64,000 bases of DNA from the NCBI GenBank assembly GCA_947631355.1, contig CANRKY010000001.1, positions 1,284 to 65,283 on the forward strand, read 5' to 3'. The notes below the pieces were generated by a model that saw only the letters and a list, made by a program, of their open reading frames with translations, did not search any database and was not told the origin of the DNA. Source of the DNA: an uncultured Marvinbryantia sp. Lineage in GTDB: Bacteria > Bacillota > Clostridia > Lachnospirales > Lachnospiraceae. Made by a program: the position numbers and the translations under genes. Positions within the stretch are counted from its first letter, which is position 1, and the number at the start of each line of letters is the position of its first letter. This document shows positions 1 to 10,117 of the stretch, piece after piece.

Positions 1-531
1 ATCATCACCATAGGTTTCATTTGGTTCATCGATTAAACTCTTCATATCGTTCAAAGTCTCCTGATATTTTTCAAAAGATGCTTCATGACCATCAAATCTC
101 CAATTAATGCAAAAGGCGTATTGATCGTCGTGATTATCTTCATTATCATTATAATATCGTATAACCAGTGTTCCCACCGCTCCGTAAAACTTGTCAGTAT
201 TATATGTTACAATGATTTCATCAGTAACCATATTGTCATAACTCACAGTTTCTGGCTCTCCAAGTATTTGCTCATTATCAGTTCGGTTCATACCCAGGAA
301 TTGTGATAAATCGCTTAATGAATCCTCAGCCTCTTTTCTTTCTTGTATGCTTTCATATGCATGATTATCATTTTCTTTAACTTGATGATCACTAACCGTG
401 GAATGCTCTATATCGTTATCATTTTTACTATTCTTCGAAAATAAAGATAAAACACAGATAATTGCAGTTATTATAAGTATAGTTAAAATTAATGTGAGAG
501 CAAATCCTAAAAATGATTTTTGTCTGCTCAT
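1..531 (-). CDS. Membrane-anchored protein, 3'-truncated by window edge; paralog of 535..1260
   Basis: Missing from the ORF track. Manual translation from ATG 531 stays open to base 1 (MSRQKSFLGFALTLILTILIITAIICVLSLFSK...FLGMNRTDNEQILGEPE...), with one N-terminal TM helix. Confidence 0.85.
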   Translation of the reverse strand, partial: MSRQKSFLGFALTLILTILIITAIICVLSLFSKNSKNDNDIEHSTVSDHQVKENDNHAYESIQERKEAEDSLSDLSQFLGMNRTDNEQILGEPETVSYDNMVTDEIIVTYNTDKFYGAVGTLVIRYYNDNEDNHDDQYAFCINWRFDGHEASFEKYQETLNDMKSLIDEPNETYGDD

Positions 532-534
532 ATA

Positions 535-1260
535 TCACGGCCCTCCTAAAGATGTTTCCACAATCAATGCTATATATTCTTTACATTCCTGTCCGTCTAT
601 AAATAAAGGGTCGTTCATAACATCCCACCCTACTCCATAATCATATAATATGATTGACGCAATATTATCACTTCGCAGCTCTTCGTTCGATACGGGGTTC
701 TCATCATAATAACTGCTTCCCCATTTATAAAATTTTGTATCCGAAGTAACGTCTACTGTTTTATAATTATTCCCGTATCGTTTCTTCAAAGAATACAAGA
801 GGAATTGAAGCAGATCCTCACGTTCATCTTCGGATAAACTCCCATCTCGACATGACCAATGAATATATAATGGCATTTGGAAACTATCGTTTAGGTCAAG
901 ATCAATGCATTGTAACTCAATATAACTGTTAGCAGTGTCAAAAATATCATCAGATCGATATTCAAATATTTCAATTTCCTTTTCCAAATCGCTATGATAA
1001 TACTTATACTGTCCAGATGGTAATCCTAAAACATCTTCTATTTCCGTCCTTTGCATGGATGGAAATCTATATATCAAATTGGCAAAATCTTCATTATAAA
1101 CAGGATTCTCTTCTTGATACTCTTGTATACGATTGTTTTCAAAATATATATGTATCAAATGGCTCATCTGAATCACAATGGCTATTATTATTGCTGTAAC
1201 AAGAACTGTCAATAAAAATCCGAAGAACGATTTTTTTCTTTCCCTGTATTCACCATTCAT
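535..1260 (-). CDS. Membrane-anchored acidic protein (candidate immunity/accessory protein)
   Basis: N-terminal TM (KSFFGFLLTVLVTAIIIAIVI) and MQRTEIEDVLGLP motif; lies directly downstream of the toxin gene. Confidence 0.6.
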   Translation of the reverse strand: MNGEYRERKKSFFGFLLTVLVTAIIIAIVIQMSHLIHIYFENNRIQEYQEENPVYNEDFANLIYRFPSMQRTEIEDVLGLPSGQYKYYHSDLEKEIEIFEYRSDDIFDTANSYIELQCIDLDLNDSFQMPLYIHWSCRDGSLSEDEREDLLQFLLYSLKKRYGNNYKTVDVTSDTKFYKWGSSYYDENPVSNEELRSDNIASIILYDYGVGWDVMNDPLFIDGQECKEYIALIVETSLGGP

Positions 1261-1265
1261 AACAA

Positions 1266-2429
1266 TTAGCCCTCTGGAAGTCCTTTTTTAATAATCATAT
1301 CTTCTAAAGTATCTAAGTATTGCTCAATCGCACCATCATACTTATTTCCAAAGCATTCTTTTACATTCAGCAACTCTGCTCTTACAATATCTATATACCC
1401 ATTTTCAGAAATTCCTTCCTCTACTTCTCTTTTATATGAAAGATTCTCAACAGAATCCGGCAAAAAAGATTTTGTTATGTGATTTGACTTTCCCGCATAA
1501 CTATCTGTCTTCTTATGATCATCTCTTAACATAGCTATTGCTGGTAACAAATCTGCATTTTCATCTTGAACTGATCGTTGAGGGATATGGTGAGAATCGT
1601 AACCCTCAATTCCTTTTACATCTTTATGATACCCACCCAATTGTATAACTCCACTATCCTTTGGTTCTAATTCAAGTGTTTTTCGCAAAGTTTCTACTTC
1701 AAAAAGGCAACGGCATTTTGATGCGGCTTCATTATCACCGTATTTTATCGCCAAACGATACGCGTTTGCAACAGATGTCTTATCAAGACCCAGATGCCTA
1801 TTATTTCCTGCCATAGTAATACAGCATATCCTAGCTCCATTTGCAGTTTTATAAACTACGTTTCCGATATTACTTGTTTTCCGTTTACTATTATCTCCCG
1901 TATATGTTGTGGTGTTGGAACATATCTTGCTATGCGAACGAGAGTTTTTGATCATATCGTCATCCGTTTCCCAGATATTTTCTTCTTTTTGTAGTATAGC
2001 TATGTATTCATTAACTGATGATTCCGCGTTCTTCCATAAAGCAGATATCTTATTATAACATTGTGTCATTGTCTTGAGTTCTAATGATGCCGCTTCACCC
2101 AATGTGTTCCACACATTCAATAATTCTTCTTCTAAAGCTTTCAATTCAGTTATTTCGTTATAGATTTTCTCCAATTTGTTCTTTCTATTTTTTGTGTTTC
2201 CATCCCCTTCTTTCTGTAAAGATTGATATTCTGCATCCAAAATCTCCATTTTATGTCTTAAAATAATTGATTGCTCCTCAATTTCTGATATCTGTGAGTT
2301 CAGCAAAGAAGAACTATTTTTCAATAGCCCTGTAGATATATCTATTTTCTTTTCGAGATCACTCGTAAAGCTTTTCATGTCATTACAATGCTCTGCCAAT
2401 TTTCTCCAATCAGCGCGTATCTGTGGCAT
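1266..2429 (-). CDS. WXG100/LXG-like helical N-terminus plus C-terminal HNH/EndoVII-like nuclease toxin domain
   Basis: Coiled-coil N-terminal ~150 aa. The C-terminal YDSHHIP...PAIAM..DDH..T.S motif is typical of polymorphic-toxin HNH-type domains. Confidence 0.6.
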   Translation of the reverse strand: MPQIRADWRKLAEHCNDMKSFTSDLEKKIDISTGLLKNSSSLLNSQISEIEEQSIILRHKMEILDAEYQSLQKEGDGNTKNRKNKLEKIYNEITELKALEEELLNVWNTLGEAASLELKTMTQCYNKISALWKNAESSVNEYIAILQKEENIWETDDDMIKNSRSHSKICSNTTTYTGDNSKRKTSNIGNVVYKTANGARICCITMAGNNRHLGLDKTSVANAYRLAIKYGDNEAASKCRCLFEVETLRKTLELEPKDSGVIQLGGYHKDVKGIEGYDSHHIPQRSVQDENADLLPAIAMLRDDHKKTDSYAGKSNHITKSFLPDSVENLSYKREVEEGISENGYIDIVRAELLNVKECFGNKYDGAIEQYLDTLEDMIIKKGLPEG

Positions 2430-2444
2430 GATTCATCCCTCGTT

Positions 2445-2720
2445 TTACTCAAGCGCTAAATGTGCTTTATGTAATAAATCTGCATATTCTGTCAAGCCTT
2501 CAATTATAGTCTTCGCCTGGGGTTCAGCACTGTCAATTATTTTGTTTATAGTCTTTACATATTCTTCAATAGATCTAAGCGAATCGTCATTTACAGCTTT
2601 ACGTAAAACACTATTCTTACTTTCAAGATCAGTAAAAACATCCCTTAATTTCTTCATATCGGAAGCAATACTTCTTGCAAGCAAAAGCGCTCCTTTTTCA
2701 TCTGCAACAATTCTTCCCAT
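2445..2720 (-). CDS. WXG100-like small helical protein (91 aa)
   Basis: GGAGG RBS before ATG 2720 (the ORF-track start at 2849 overlaps the neighbour). Amphipathic helical hairpin with C-terminal LTEYADLL. Confidence 0.6.
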   Translation of the reverse strand: MGRIVADEKGALLLARSIASDMKKLRDVFTDLESKNSVLRKAVNDDSLRSIEEYVKTINKIIDSAEPQAKTIIEGLTEYADLLHKAHLALE

Positions 2721-2737
2721 TATGTAATCCTCCCTGC

Positions 2738-3016
2738 TTAACGTCGAAAACGTATTCCTTGCAATGACTCTAAATACTTCTTTGATTTCTCTAACTTGTT
2801 CCTTGCCCCTTCTGCAAAGGGTGTAGCCGATAATATCATTTCTATGCATTCATTCATTGCACTTATCGCTTCTTTTTGAGTTTCTGAGTCCAAGCAGCCC
2901 GCTGCTATTTCTATTTCAGCTTGCATATTCTTACAGTGTGTTTGAAGATCTCTTACAAAGTCATCAAGATAATTCATGTATTCACGCATAAGTTCTGTAT
3001 CTTTATCTGTTGCCAT
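2738..3016 (-). CDS. WXG100-like small helical protein (92 aa)
   Basis: Size, heptad pattern and position between the FtsK ATPase and the toxin; no literal WxG motif. Confidence 0.5.
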   Translation of the reverse strand: MATDKDTELMREYMNYLDDFVRDLQTHCKNMQAEIEIAAGCLDSETQKEAISAMNECIEMILSATPFAEGARNKLEKSKKYLESLQGIRFRR

Positions 3017-3027
3017 AACTGCCTCCT

Positions 3028-6000
3028 TTATTTATCTTTGTATGGAATTAACTGCTCTACTCTCACACCACCGTTATAACAAACCGCAAAATCCCCTATT
3101 TGATCTGCGTATGAGCTTCTTCCCAAATATGAAACTGCATCATCCCCGCTCATTTTTAACGCTATTTTGTGTACACATGTGTCTTCAATCCAACGAAACG
3201 ATCTTAATTCCCGGTATACACTGATTTCTGCAATGCAGCTTACCCCAAGCCTTGATCCAAACTTAAATATAGTTTCTATCATTGGAATGCAATTGAAACA
3301 TTCATCCGTCTCTGTCTCCATAATGGAGTTGCTTTCTTTTATTGCAAAAGGAGAAGAAAAATCGATGCCAAGTGGACTATTATTCACTGCAGTATGTGTC
3401 GCATATTGTTCCATTTCCAAACGCATAACTTCCATTCCAGCAAAAACACATATAGTATTTCCTATATTTTTTCGTTCTTTTACAGCATTGTAAAGTTCTA
3501 ATATCCTTTCACACCATCTCTCCGCTGTTCTTCGTATTACAGCACCGGCTTCTTTACATTTTTCCTCTATTCGGCCACCCATTTTAATATCCAAATCAGA
3601 ATCTTGTGCAACAAAAATATCAATGGCAACATTTTTAATATACTTACAGCTATTGATTACAGCAGCAATAATGTCCCACCTTTTTTCTGCCTCTCCTCCA
3701 ACTATTAAGATATTCTCATTCGCCTTTTTGTGAAGATCAATATAATAACTAGGTTTCAGCGTTACCGTTCGTCCCAGATATAGCCTTACATCTCCTGGCC
3801 GTAGTGGGGCAGACTGATCACAGGCTATTCTATCTGCCTCATTCCATACTTCCTGTTCCGTGCTGTTAATATAGATCATTTGTTTTTTCGAGCATTTCCC
3901 CATATATGCCTTATTAACGACCGGAAAGAGTGCTGCTCTATCTTCAGATGTCGAATATAATACTCTGAATTTCTCGATAGTGATGTCAGAAGCTTCTTCG
4001 TCCTTATATGAGGAATGAAGCATAACTATATCACCTATCTTCAATTTATGAAGCATCTTTTTGACACCTTCCGAATAAAGAGCAGGATCACCACCAAGCG
4101 TTTCACGAATTTCACTTATATTCTGATTCTTCATTGCCATTCGAGAAAGAATCTGGTTTTTAGCTTTCGGAGTCAGCCCGCGTAATCCAACACTGATTGC
4201 TTGATCTGAAAGCAGGCAATTCAGACCCAAAGAGCCATATTCTGCCAGCACATTCTCTAATTTAATCATATACTCTGTATCATCCTGAACAAATTGGCTC
4301 AATTCATGGAATTCATCTATAATCAAAAGAATTCTTGGAAAATTAACGTATCCTTCTTCTCCTTTATGGCGACGGTATTGAGCAAGAGAAACCGCATTAA
4401 ACCTAGTAAATACTTCGGCTCTCCTGTTAAATTCCTCATGGAGGCTGTCTAACAGACTATATGTAAATTCCTTTGATTTACTGAGACCTATCAACTTTAT
4501 ATGAGGCGGAGTTGATTTCCGATATGTTGCAAACTCCACTCGTTTATAATCCACCAGCCATAATTCCAGATCATCAGGAGAATACAACAATATAGCTCCC
4601 ATAATGACAGTATGCAAGAAAGTTGACTTCCCTGATCTGGTTGACCCCGTCACAAAGCAATGAACCCCTTGTTCATCAAACAGCTCAAGATAAACCGACT
4701 TCCCATAATTGTCTATAGCTATTGGTATTCTTATGCCATTTGTTGCATCTTGCAATTTATGCGGATTCGTATTATAGTAAGTAAAAATGCTGTTATCCAA
4801 CATACTCGCAGTTTCATAATACTTGCTGATTGCGTTCATATAATTATCAATCTGTGTCTCATCTGGTGTTATGCACTGCTGCAGCGGATACACTATCCCA
4901 TTTACTCTACATTCCATTGCATCCACATCAATATGCACGATATTTTTATTAATGCCAGCTTTTATTGAAAGGTTATACAGATTTTGAAAACCTTCTTCTG
5001 ATGTAACAAATATAAATGAAAATCCACAGTTGGATGCATTCGTCAATAATTCAAGGTACTCTTTTTCAGTCTTCGAATTTGGTTTGTTCGAAAACGAGAA
5101 ATCCATAATCCAGTTAAAAGGGATACTTGTCTCCGTATGTTCAGCTTTATACCGAAAAAGGTTATATTTACCTGCCAATAATGTAAGGATCTTTTGAATC
5201 TGTGCTCCCAAAAAAATACGTCTTTTTTCGCATTCATCCTCAGTTCCATATACATTCACATTAAGATCAGAGTTTCCTATATCTGAAAGTGCGATCAGGC
5301 GTCCTAGGCTTCCTCCTTTGTGAAGTGTATCAAAAATCGATATTCTATTATTAGTTGCCGGAATAGTCATTAGCATTCTTGCAATAATTTGACGGCCAAT
5401 TCTTTTTCTCAGATCACTATCAACATCAGCAATATCACCATTTTTAGAAGATATTACCAATATGTTAGTTTGATTCAATGGTAACTTCAACGGAAAGCTC
5501 TCATCTTTTACATTACCATCCTGTTCTAGTATCTTAACTGCAATATTCCCAACAAATAGGTCATCCGGCATGTACTTCGGAGGTATATATTGATCCCATC
5601 TCAGATATTTCTGTAACACTAACTCTTGATTTCGCGTTATCTCCTGTCTTAACTGGATTAACTCTTTAGACACGTAAAAACTGCTTAGTTCTTGCTTTTT
5701 TTCTTTCCGTTCGACCTCCTCTCTTTTATTTTTTAGATCGATTTCCTTATTATAGTCATCTTCCTTACGTTCCTTTTCCTGTTCATAGTTTTTAGCTTCT
5801 GTTTTTAAATCGATTTCTTTCTTGCTTTCAATTTCGTCCAAACGCTCATTACAATATTCTTCTGCATTGATTACTTTCTGCATAACAGACTGGGCTAATT
5901 TCCTTTTTGAATCAAAACCATTCAATTTAAAGATCCTCTGCAACCACACAATGAAGCCTTCTGCGCGGATCATCTCGAGTAGATTATTTAATTCTTTTTC

Positions 6001-6318
6001 CGAAATGCCTTCTGGTGCCGGATCATAATCCATTTCTGAAAAATTTTTTAAGAACACCTTTACTGTTTTCTTGCATTCTGATAATTCTTTTTTTCTTCTC
6101 AGATAACAACTGCGATCCTTTTCTGCCTTGTCCTTTATCTCACGAGTTCTATTGTCTGAATCTTCCTTCGCAGATTTACACCATTTTGTATACTCGGCTG
6201 ATATTCGGTCTCGCTCTAATTTGTATTTATTCTCTATTTTTCTAATTTCTTCTTTTAGCCTGTTCCTCTGTACTAGAGCAGATGCAGCTACAGAGGTAAT
6301 ATGTTCTATGTCTTTCAT
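3028..6318 (-). CDS. FtsK/SpoIIIE (EssC/EccC-like) ATPase with N-terminal coiled coil
   Basis: Walker A GSTRSGKS, Walker B LLIIDEFH, WLVDYK and SDQ motifs; degenerate flanking ATPase-like domains; no clear TM segment. Confidence 0.85.
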   Translation of the reverse strand: MKDIEHITSVAASALVQRNRLKEEIRKIENKYKLERDRISAEYTKWCKSAKEDSDNRTREIKDKAEKDRSCYLRRKKELSECKKTVKVFLKNFSEMDYDPAPEGISEKELNNLLEMIRAEGFIVWLQRIFKLNGFDSKRKLAQSVMQKVINAEEYCNERLDEIESKKEIDLKTEAKNYEQEKERKEDDYNKEIDLKNKREEVERKEKKQELSSFYVSKELIQLRQEITRNQELVLQKYLRWDQYIPPKYMPDDLFVGNIAVKILEQDGNVKDESFPLKLPLNQTNILVISSKNGDIADVDSDLRKRIGRQIIARMLMTIPATNNRISIFDTLHKGGSLGRLIALSDIGNSDLNVNVYGTEDECEKRRIFLGAQIQKILTLLAGKYNLFRYKAEHTETSIPFNWIMDFSFSNKPNSKTEKEYLELLTNASNCGFSFIFVTSEEGFQNLYNLSIKAGINKNIVHIDVDAMECRVNGIVYPLQQCITPDETQIDNYMNAISKYYETASMLDNSIFTYYNTNPHKLQDATNGIRIPIAIDNYGKSVYLELFDEQGVHCFVTGSTRSGKSTFLHTVIMGAILLYSPDDLELWLVDYKRVEFATYRKSTPPHIKLIGLSKSKEFTYSLLDSLHEEFNRRAEVFTRFNAVSLAQYRRHKGEEGYVNFPRILLIIDEFHELSQFVQDDTEYMIKLENVLAEYGSLGLNCLLSDQAISVGLRGLTPKAKNQILSRMAMKNQNISEIRETLGGDPALYSEGVKKMLHKLKIGDIVMLHSSYKDEEASDITIEKFRVLYSTSEDRAALFPVVNKAYMGKCSKKQMIYINSTEQEVWNEADRIACDQSAPLRPGDVRLYLGRTVTLKPSYYIDLHKKANENILIVGGEAEKRWDIIAAVINSCKYIKNVAIDIFVAQDSDLDIKMGGRIEEKCKEAGAVIRRTAERWCERILELYNAVKERKNIGNTICVFAGMEVMRLEMEQYATHTAVNNSPLGIDFSSPFAIKESNSIMETETDECFNCIPMIETIFKFGSRLGVSCIAEISVYRELRSFRWIEDTCVHKIALKMSGDDAVSYLGRSSYADQIGDFAVCYNGGVRVEQLIPYKDK

Positions 6319-6551
6319 AAAGTCTCCTGAATATTATGTAACTTTATTGCGGTTTTTTGCAAGGCTTCTTCAAGTTTTTCATGGGTGCTGATAAATCTTT
6401 CCATAGCTACATCGAGTAATTCACTATAATTTAGGAGCGGTTGCATTACCTCTTTTTCATACTCCTTCATTGTTTCATCTTTCCAGCCTTTTTTTAAGTT
6501 CTCCCAACTCAGTATAAGTTCTTCGCTATAATTATTCTTCAGCATATCCAT
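6315..6551 (-). CDS. WXG100-like protein (WxD variant)
   Basis: 78 aa helical protein with LKKGWKDE; 4-bp overlap with the FtsK gene. Confidence 0.6.
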   Translation of the reverse strand: MDMLKNNYSEELILSWENLKKGWKDETMKEYEKEVMQPLLNYSELLDVAMERFISTHEKLEEALQKTAIKLHNIQETL

Positions 6552-6572
6552 ATATTATCTCCGTTCTTTATA

Positions 6573-7550
6573 TCAGAGTCCAAAAATCGTACCAAAAACA
6601 AGCCCTATGATTAAGAGTGCAAAACCAGCTGACAAAATCGCTCCTATAACTACTCCAAGCAAATACATAATACCAGCAACGATATAAGTAATCGTCAAGC
6701 AAACAAATATTGCTATCCATACGCCCGCTATTCCAGACAAAAAGAACAGCGGCCCAAGTAGATTTACATTGTCATTTACAGTCTTTAGATACTCTGATGA
6801 AGCCCAATATAGAAACGTTACACCAATTATTGGCACAATTACCATTACAATCTCTACCCCATCGTATAAGATACTGAAATTGAATGATTCAGCCATACTA
6901 CTCATAGCATTATAAATGACACTTTCCATGTAGAGCGAGTTTGCAGAATAGCATGTTATCCCCCATACCGTTATACATATATAGAATAAATATACTACCA
7001 AATTATTCATTGAAGCAGTTTTATTATCAGCCTTATCTACTAAAACTGTTTGCACGTTTTCAGTGTATTGAATTATATCAATACTATCCGGTATCAATAT
7101 ATTCCATTTGTTTTCTGCCTTTCTTGAATACTCATTAAATTTTTTGTCCAATCCATCTATATTTTTCTCCAAACTCGATTTAATCCTCTTAATATCTTTT
7201 TGAGCCTTAAATATCCCCTTATAATTCCAGATTATAGCAATATTTCTTCGTAATACAGCAAGCCAAAACAGAACTGTAACTACTATAGATGTTATCATTA
7301 GCAGGCTGACTTCCGGTACAACATAATAATCAAACCGGAAATACGGCCTTAACTCCATTGCAGCATAAAGAAAGCAAACACTCCACACGGCTATAGCCAT
7401 AATCTCTAGGATTCGCAAGCCTACTGATTCATCCCCAATACGGGTTGAAACTGCTTTTTCTGTCTTGGATATACTTTCAATTTGCTGCTCCATTATTTCT
7501 TTTGCTTCATCTTGCAGTGACTTGAAATCTATAGATATACTATTTTTCAT
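6573..7550 (-). CDS. Multi-pass membrane protein with cytoplasmic coiled coil
   Basis: About 6 hydrophobic segments in two groups separated by a charged helix. Confidence 0.6.
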   Translation of the reverse strand: MKNSISIDFKSLQDEAKEIMEQQIESISKTEKAVSTRIGDESVGLRILEIMAIAVWSVCFLYAAMELRPYFRFDYYVVPEVSLLMITSIVVTVLFWLAVLRRNIAIIWNYKGIFKAQKDIKRIKSSLEKNIDGLDKKFNEYSRKAENKWNILIPDSIDIIQYTENVQTVLVDKADNKTASMNNLVVYLFYICITVWGITCYSANSLYMESVIYNAMSSMAESFNFSILYDGVEIVMVIVPIIGVTFLYWASSEYLKTVNDNVNLLGPLFFLSGIAGVWIAIFVCLTITYIVAGIMYLLGVVIGAILSAGFALLIIGLVFGTIFGL

Positions 7551-7564
7551 ATGTGCATGCCTCC

Positions 7565-10072
7565 CTAATCTTCAGAAATAACTTGCTCTAAAGTTAAGGG
7601 TGCCTTTTTGCCAATAAAATCATAGCAAAAATAACCCAACATATTTTTACATATTATATCTGCCCGATTGCCGTCTTCTTTCAAATATATCCCTGCATTG
7701 GCTAAAAAAGGATTATTTTGCATGCAATGTGCGATCTTGTCTGTCAGTTCACATAGCGGTCTCACATCTTCCATACAAGTAAGAATTTCCGATGGATTTG
7801 GAAGATCAATCTTTTCCATTTGTTCAATAATTTTCTTTCCTTCGTATGTAAGCGGCTGATAAACATGCAACGTTTTTTGAAGCATTACTGTCTGATAGGC
7901 ATATGCCTGTGGTCCGAAATTCAAATAAAAGCGTTCAAAGCATCCCATATCAATACGCTCTTGCTTTCCTATCTGTTCTAGCAGCATCAATACAGCATTA
8001 TACTTAGCCCTTTCGCTTTTACCCTTAAAATCTTCTAGAGTTCTGAGAACACTCTGCCAATAGCCATAGCTGCAGAGAAAAGCAAATATCTTTGCACCTT
8101 TCTTAGGATCAAGCAAAAGTTCATAAAAATTACTTATATTGTAAAACGTGTTTGCTGACGCAAATAGCTTAGTAAATAGTTCCGTAATATCTGAAATACA
8201 ACAATCATTTAACCTCAACTCTTTACTTTTCGCAAACGTAAATCCAAACCAGTAACATGAAATTTCTGGAAACCCCAGTGATGTTGACTCTATTTCACGT
8301 ATCAAATTTATTGTTTCAGGATTATATGTAATTCCTGCTGTATTTTCAATCCAATATGAAATAATCCCATTTTTCATAATGGGTATATTATTCCGCTGAT
8401 TTTCAGCCTTCATCATTTCTGACGCGAGTTCTGATAAACTATGCCATGTATGCCCACACCAAACAATCGGCCCCGGCTTATATAATGATTTTAGAAAAAA
8501 AGCAAGCCCAGCATCCTCATCCTTTTTCTCTGTGTCTTTGTTTCTACAGCTTTCCCTCAAACTCCGTGCTTTTCTAGTTAAATCGGTTTGGAAGGACTTG
8601 AAAAACTCTTCAAAATCTCCCTCATATAGAAGCTCCTTTCCTGTCTCCCATACTTCCGCATTCTTCGTTAATGCCTCAAATACTTCGGCGCTACTGCAAT
8701 AGCTCTTTCCATCTATCCAGAATTTTTTTGTCCATATTCCATCTTTGCGCGTAGATCCCTCATAATCATGATCTACAAGCCAACGTTTTACATCTTCATA
8801 TGTAAATCTATCCCGCCAGTCAAACTGGGTTAATCTTTCAATTAATTTTAGAATTCTCTCGTGATTTGACTCGTTCCTCCATTGGATAGGCAGTTGGCTA
8901 ACATATGCAGCAGACATCTGTTCATTGTCCATATCCTGATAAATGTAATGTCCCTCATAAATACACGCTATGGTCACGCCAAACGCATAATAATCTACAT
9001 GGGATCCTACATGGAAATACGCTTGTCCGCTACTGCGGGCCGGGTTCATCAATAACTCCGGAGCACGAAAACCGTCAGTTCCCAAAGCTGTACTCGTATA
9101 GTTAAGTGCAGTCGTCCTTGCTATGCCAAAATCGCCGATTAATATCCGATCATCTATTTTATACAGGTTTTCTGGTTTAATATCTAAATGAAGAATACCC
9201 GCTTCATGGATAGAATGAATGGATTCATTCAATTCCTCTATGATGGGCAGCATCTCATCAAATGTCCTTTTCCCCCTATTTGCCATATCACCATCTTTGC
9301 AATATGGCATTATCTCAAAATAGTGATGGTATTCAGTTACGCCGTCATTTATATGTACAATTCCGTAATCCAGAATTTCTAAAACGCTTCTTTTCCCCGC
9401 ATCTGTTTTCATAAATGCGAATACTTTTTCGCGTGCCTCGATTGAATGCTGTCCTTGACTCTCCGCAGACGCAAACACCTTGGCGGCAAAACTTTCCCCT
9501 TCCTCAGAAGTACATTTTATTATCACAGATTCGCCGCCAGTATTATCCAGTATTTCTCTTACAGTATATTGATTTCCATTTTGCCCGATCAAAACTGTTA
9601 TATTCTGAATTTCTCTGTCAAATACACTTTTAGGAGCACTCATTATATGCGACACTAATTCTGAAAAAACAGAATCATTATTCTTATTTTCTTCTACTAA
9701 TGTTGCTGGGCGCTCCGTTTTGGATAAGCTTTCCTCAATATGAGTAGACGGTCTTTCTTTTGTAGATACTCCCATCTCTGCTATTGTCTTTGGACGCTCA
9801 GCATGTTGTCCTTCACCATCTATATACTTGGATGTCTCTTTTTTATCCGATATCTCAAACTCTACTATCGTTCTTGGTCTTTCCCTATGCTGAATAACAC
9901 TATTCTGATTTATGTTTTCTGTACTAGCTTTGTCAAATTCAACAATAGTCTTTGGTCTTTCTGGTTTTGACCCAGATACCATTGTAGCAGCATCCATTGA
10001 GAGCTTTCCTGATTCATTATCTGCCCCTTTTACATCTGAAATATAATCCTTGTATTTACCATTGTTCTCCAT
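7565..10072 (-). CDS. Hanks-type Ser/Thr protein kinase with N-terminal repeats and long soluble C-terminal domain
   Basis: FAAKVF, HLDIKPEN, IGDFG, GTDGFRAPE and DYYAFG motifs. Confidence 0.92.
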   Translation of the reverse strand: MENNGKYKDYISDVKGADNESGKLSMDAATMVSGSKPERPKTIVEFDKASTENINQNSVIQHRERPRTIVEFEISDKKETSKYIDGEGQHAERPKTIAEMGVSTKERPSTHIEESLSKTERPATLVEENKNNDSVFSELVSHIMSAPKSVFDREIQNITVLIGQNGNQYTVREILDNTGGESVIIKCTSEEGESFAAKVFASAESQGQHSIEAREKVFAFMKTDAGKRSVLEILDYGIVHINDGVTEYHHYFEIMPYCKDGDMANRGKRTFDEMLPIIEELNESIHSIHEAGILHLDIKPENLYKIDDRILIGDFGIARTTALNYTSTALGTDGFRAPELLMNPARSSGQAYFHVGSHVDYYAFGVTIACIYEGHYIYQDMDNEQMSAAYVSQLPIQWRNESNHERILKLIERLTQFDWRDRFTYEDVKRWLVDHDYEGSTRKDGIWTKKFWIDGKSYCSSAEVFEALTKNAEVWETGKELLYEGDFEEFFKSFQTDLTRKARSLRESCRNKDTEKKDEDAGLAFFLKSLYKPGPIVWCGHTWHSLSELASEMMKAENQRNNIPIMKNGIISYWIENTAGITYNPETINLIREIESTSLGFPEISCYWFGFTFAKSKELRLNDCCISDITELFTKLFASANTFYNISNFYELLLDPKKGAKIFAFLCSYGYWQSVLRTLEDFKGKSERAKYNAVLMLLEQIGKQERIDMGCFERFYLNFGPQAYAYQTVMLQKTLHVYQPLTYEGKKIIEQMEKIDLPNPSEILTCMEDVRPLCELTDKIAHCMQNNPFLANAGIYLKEDGNRADIICKNMLGYFCYDFIGKKAPLTLEQVISED

Positions 10073-10117
10073 AAACTCTACTCCCTTTGTGAATTATTAC
10101 ATATCCTGTTCCCCTTA

